From Cenococcum geophilum (lineage: Eukaryota): a stretch of 64,000 nt of DNA. The position numbers and the translations under genes are program-made. The DNA lies in assembly GCA_050273025.1 (NCBI GenBank), contig CP158635.1, positions 31,000,001 through 31,064,000 on the forward strand, in the 5' to 3' direction. Below, in pieces: positions 62,201-64,000 of the stretch (its first letter is position 1; every line of letters starts with the position of its first letter). The notes under the pieces were generated by a model. That model did no database searches. It had not been told where the DNA came from and saw only the letters and a list, made by a program, of their open reading frames with translations.

Positions 62201-64000
62201 TTTATAAATACCTTAGCTCTATTTATTCAGGCCAGCGTCTTATCTAGTAAGGGCAGCGGATAACGGTCTTTGCGGGTTATATTATTAAGCTTATAGTAGT
62301 TAATACAGAAACAAAGTCCTTTATTTAGCTTTTTTGTAAAGAGAATAGGGGAGGTAAATAGGGCCTAACTAGGCTTAATAAACCCCTTTACTAGGTTGTC
62401 CATAATATACTACTTAGTGGCCTATAATTCGGCAATAGATTATTTATAAAGGGGGGTATAGCCAAGGACGTTTTCCTTGTCTGGTTTAATCTTAATCTTA
62501 TAGTTATATAGTTAGTAGGGTAGAAGCATATTAAATGCTGCCTTAGAGAATACGTCCTTAAACTCTTAGTACTAATAGGGTAGTTTCCGTTCTACTAGCT
62601 CCTTATCTATAAGCTTATCCTCCTCTTAGGCTAGGGTCTCTTTTTCTTTAATTATTTAATTAATTTTATATAAGCTAGTTATAAAGGCAATAGTATTAGG
62701 CTAGACCAAGTTCTAGTAGAATCCTACAGCGCCAATACAGCAGATATTAACTAGTGGGAGGTCCACAGGTTTCCTTATAGCCGTTTACCGGACCGTATTT
62801 TATGGTCTAGGGTTTATAATCTTTCTTAGCTCCTATTCCATCTTCCGTAAGTTATTCCTCCAGTTTATCAGTTTAGTATAGTGTCTAATATTCCTTACTA
62901 TTCTTTATAGCTGTATAGGGCCTAAGCTCTCTATAGGGGGCTTTTTAGGGTTATTACTAACTTCCTGGGTCTTTAATACGGGTAGCGTGATATAGGTAGT
63001 TTGGGGGCGGCGTAGTATACAAATCTGTTATAAATTAAGCTATACGTCTTTCTTAAAGGCCTAGTCCCTACGTATAGTATCGGCCTGGTAAATAGTATTA
63101 ATCTAGGGCCGTATAAGATTTTCTATTATAATGCTAATTTCTTTTATAAAGGAAGGAGTTAGGGGTAGGGTTTTGGGCTAGATAAGCCGTCTACTCTATA
63201 CGTCTAGCTGTAAGCCTAAATAGGCTAGCTATTTTCTCCCTAAGATTATATTATGGCTTCCTAGGTCCGTAATAAGGAAGGGGACGTTATATTACCTTCG
63301 TCCGTTAACACGAAGGTAAATTCGCAATATAGTTGTGATAGGTGGTCCTACCTATCCGTTATACCTATAAATAGGAATTGGCTTGGGCAGTTCTTCCAGA
63401 GGCGCATTTAAAAAGTCAGCCAGTTTTACAGCGCACTTTATGTTAATTAAGGTAAAGGCATTTACTCCTAAGTCAGCTAAAGCAGAGGTTAAAACTTAAT
63501 ATCTATTACGGAATAAAGTATAAGGGATAGTGTAGCTTCTTTCACTAACTAGCCAATTTAGATCAATATGTAACATGTTAATTCCTTTTAACCCTAAGGA
63601 GAAGTCTTCCCCTAGGGTTCCTCTTTTTCTAACTCTATGCCATCCTCCTAAATTAATAGAACCTTATTTGTCTTTACCTTTATTAAGCAGTTCCTTATAG
63701 GGTAGCTAGGTTAACCGCATAAGAAGCAAGCTCCTTAATCGCTAAGGGCCTATATATAGGGGTCGCTGTATATAGGCCGGGTGTACACCGGACCCGTAGT
63801 AGGGGTAGCTGCGCGGCTAGCTGCTGGGTTAACTATAGGCTAAGCGGCTAGTACTATAGGGGTTGCCAATTGTGCCAGGGCACTACGGGCCGTTCTCGTA
63901 GTACTTATAGCCTGGTTTACGAGGTTTCTAGTTTTTAGCTAATTAGCGCGTACCTTAATTTAATAGAGGCCTTAGTTAATAGCTAGGCAATAGTTTATAA
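53234..64000 (-). mobile_element. Gypsy-C copy 4 (3' LTR to gag; runs off right edge), split by Copia-X copy 3
   Basis: 3' LTR 53234-53458 (225 bp, same type as copy 3), followed by the PPT at 53459-53472. pol is the reverse complement of copy 3. Track ORF 54449-54793 is a surviving integrase fragment (...IISDRGPQF). Confidence 0.94.
55877..61885 (-). mobile_element. Full-length Copia-X copy 3 (6009 bp)
   Basis: 199-bp LTRs at 55877-56075 and 61687-61885 differ by 6 transitions. TSD ATACT at 55872-55876 and 61886-61890. The internal region is the reverse complement of copy 2. Confidence 0.96.

Overview
This is eukaryotic, almost certainly filamentous-ascomycete, AT-rich heterochromatin-type DNA. 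It is a stack of nested transposons degraded by repeat-induced point mutation (RIP: C>T and G>A transitions, large TpA excess). I found no intact host gene, rRNA, tRNA or CRISPR, and the ORF-track ORFs are TE fragments or spurious. Using LTR pairs and target-site duplications (TSDs) I resolved three Ty3/Gypsy chromovirus families (my labels Gypsy-A, -B, -C), two Ty1/Copia families with fungal GalEa-like features (Copia-X, -Y), a pol-less Copia-X-LTR element, a solo LTR, Tad-like LINE relics, a MITE and a 12-bp minisatellite. The most notable findings are four. (1) A 998-bp non-coding TPRT insertion (14433-15430, minus strand, 15-bp TSD) whose 5' end folds into an HDV-like ribozyme lacking only its first two nucleotides. 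(2) A ~100-bp palindromic module shared by the 3' ends of two Gypsy families and one Copia family. (3) A RIP-masked, intron-containing antisense Zn2Cys6-like gene inside Gypsy-A. (4) All five LTR families appear to prime without tRNA. Protein sequences quoted are my manual de-RIP reconstructions, so they are inference. No database searches were run.
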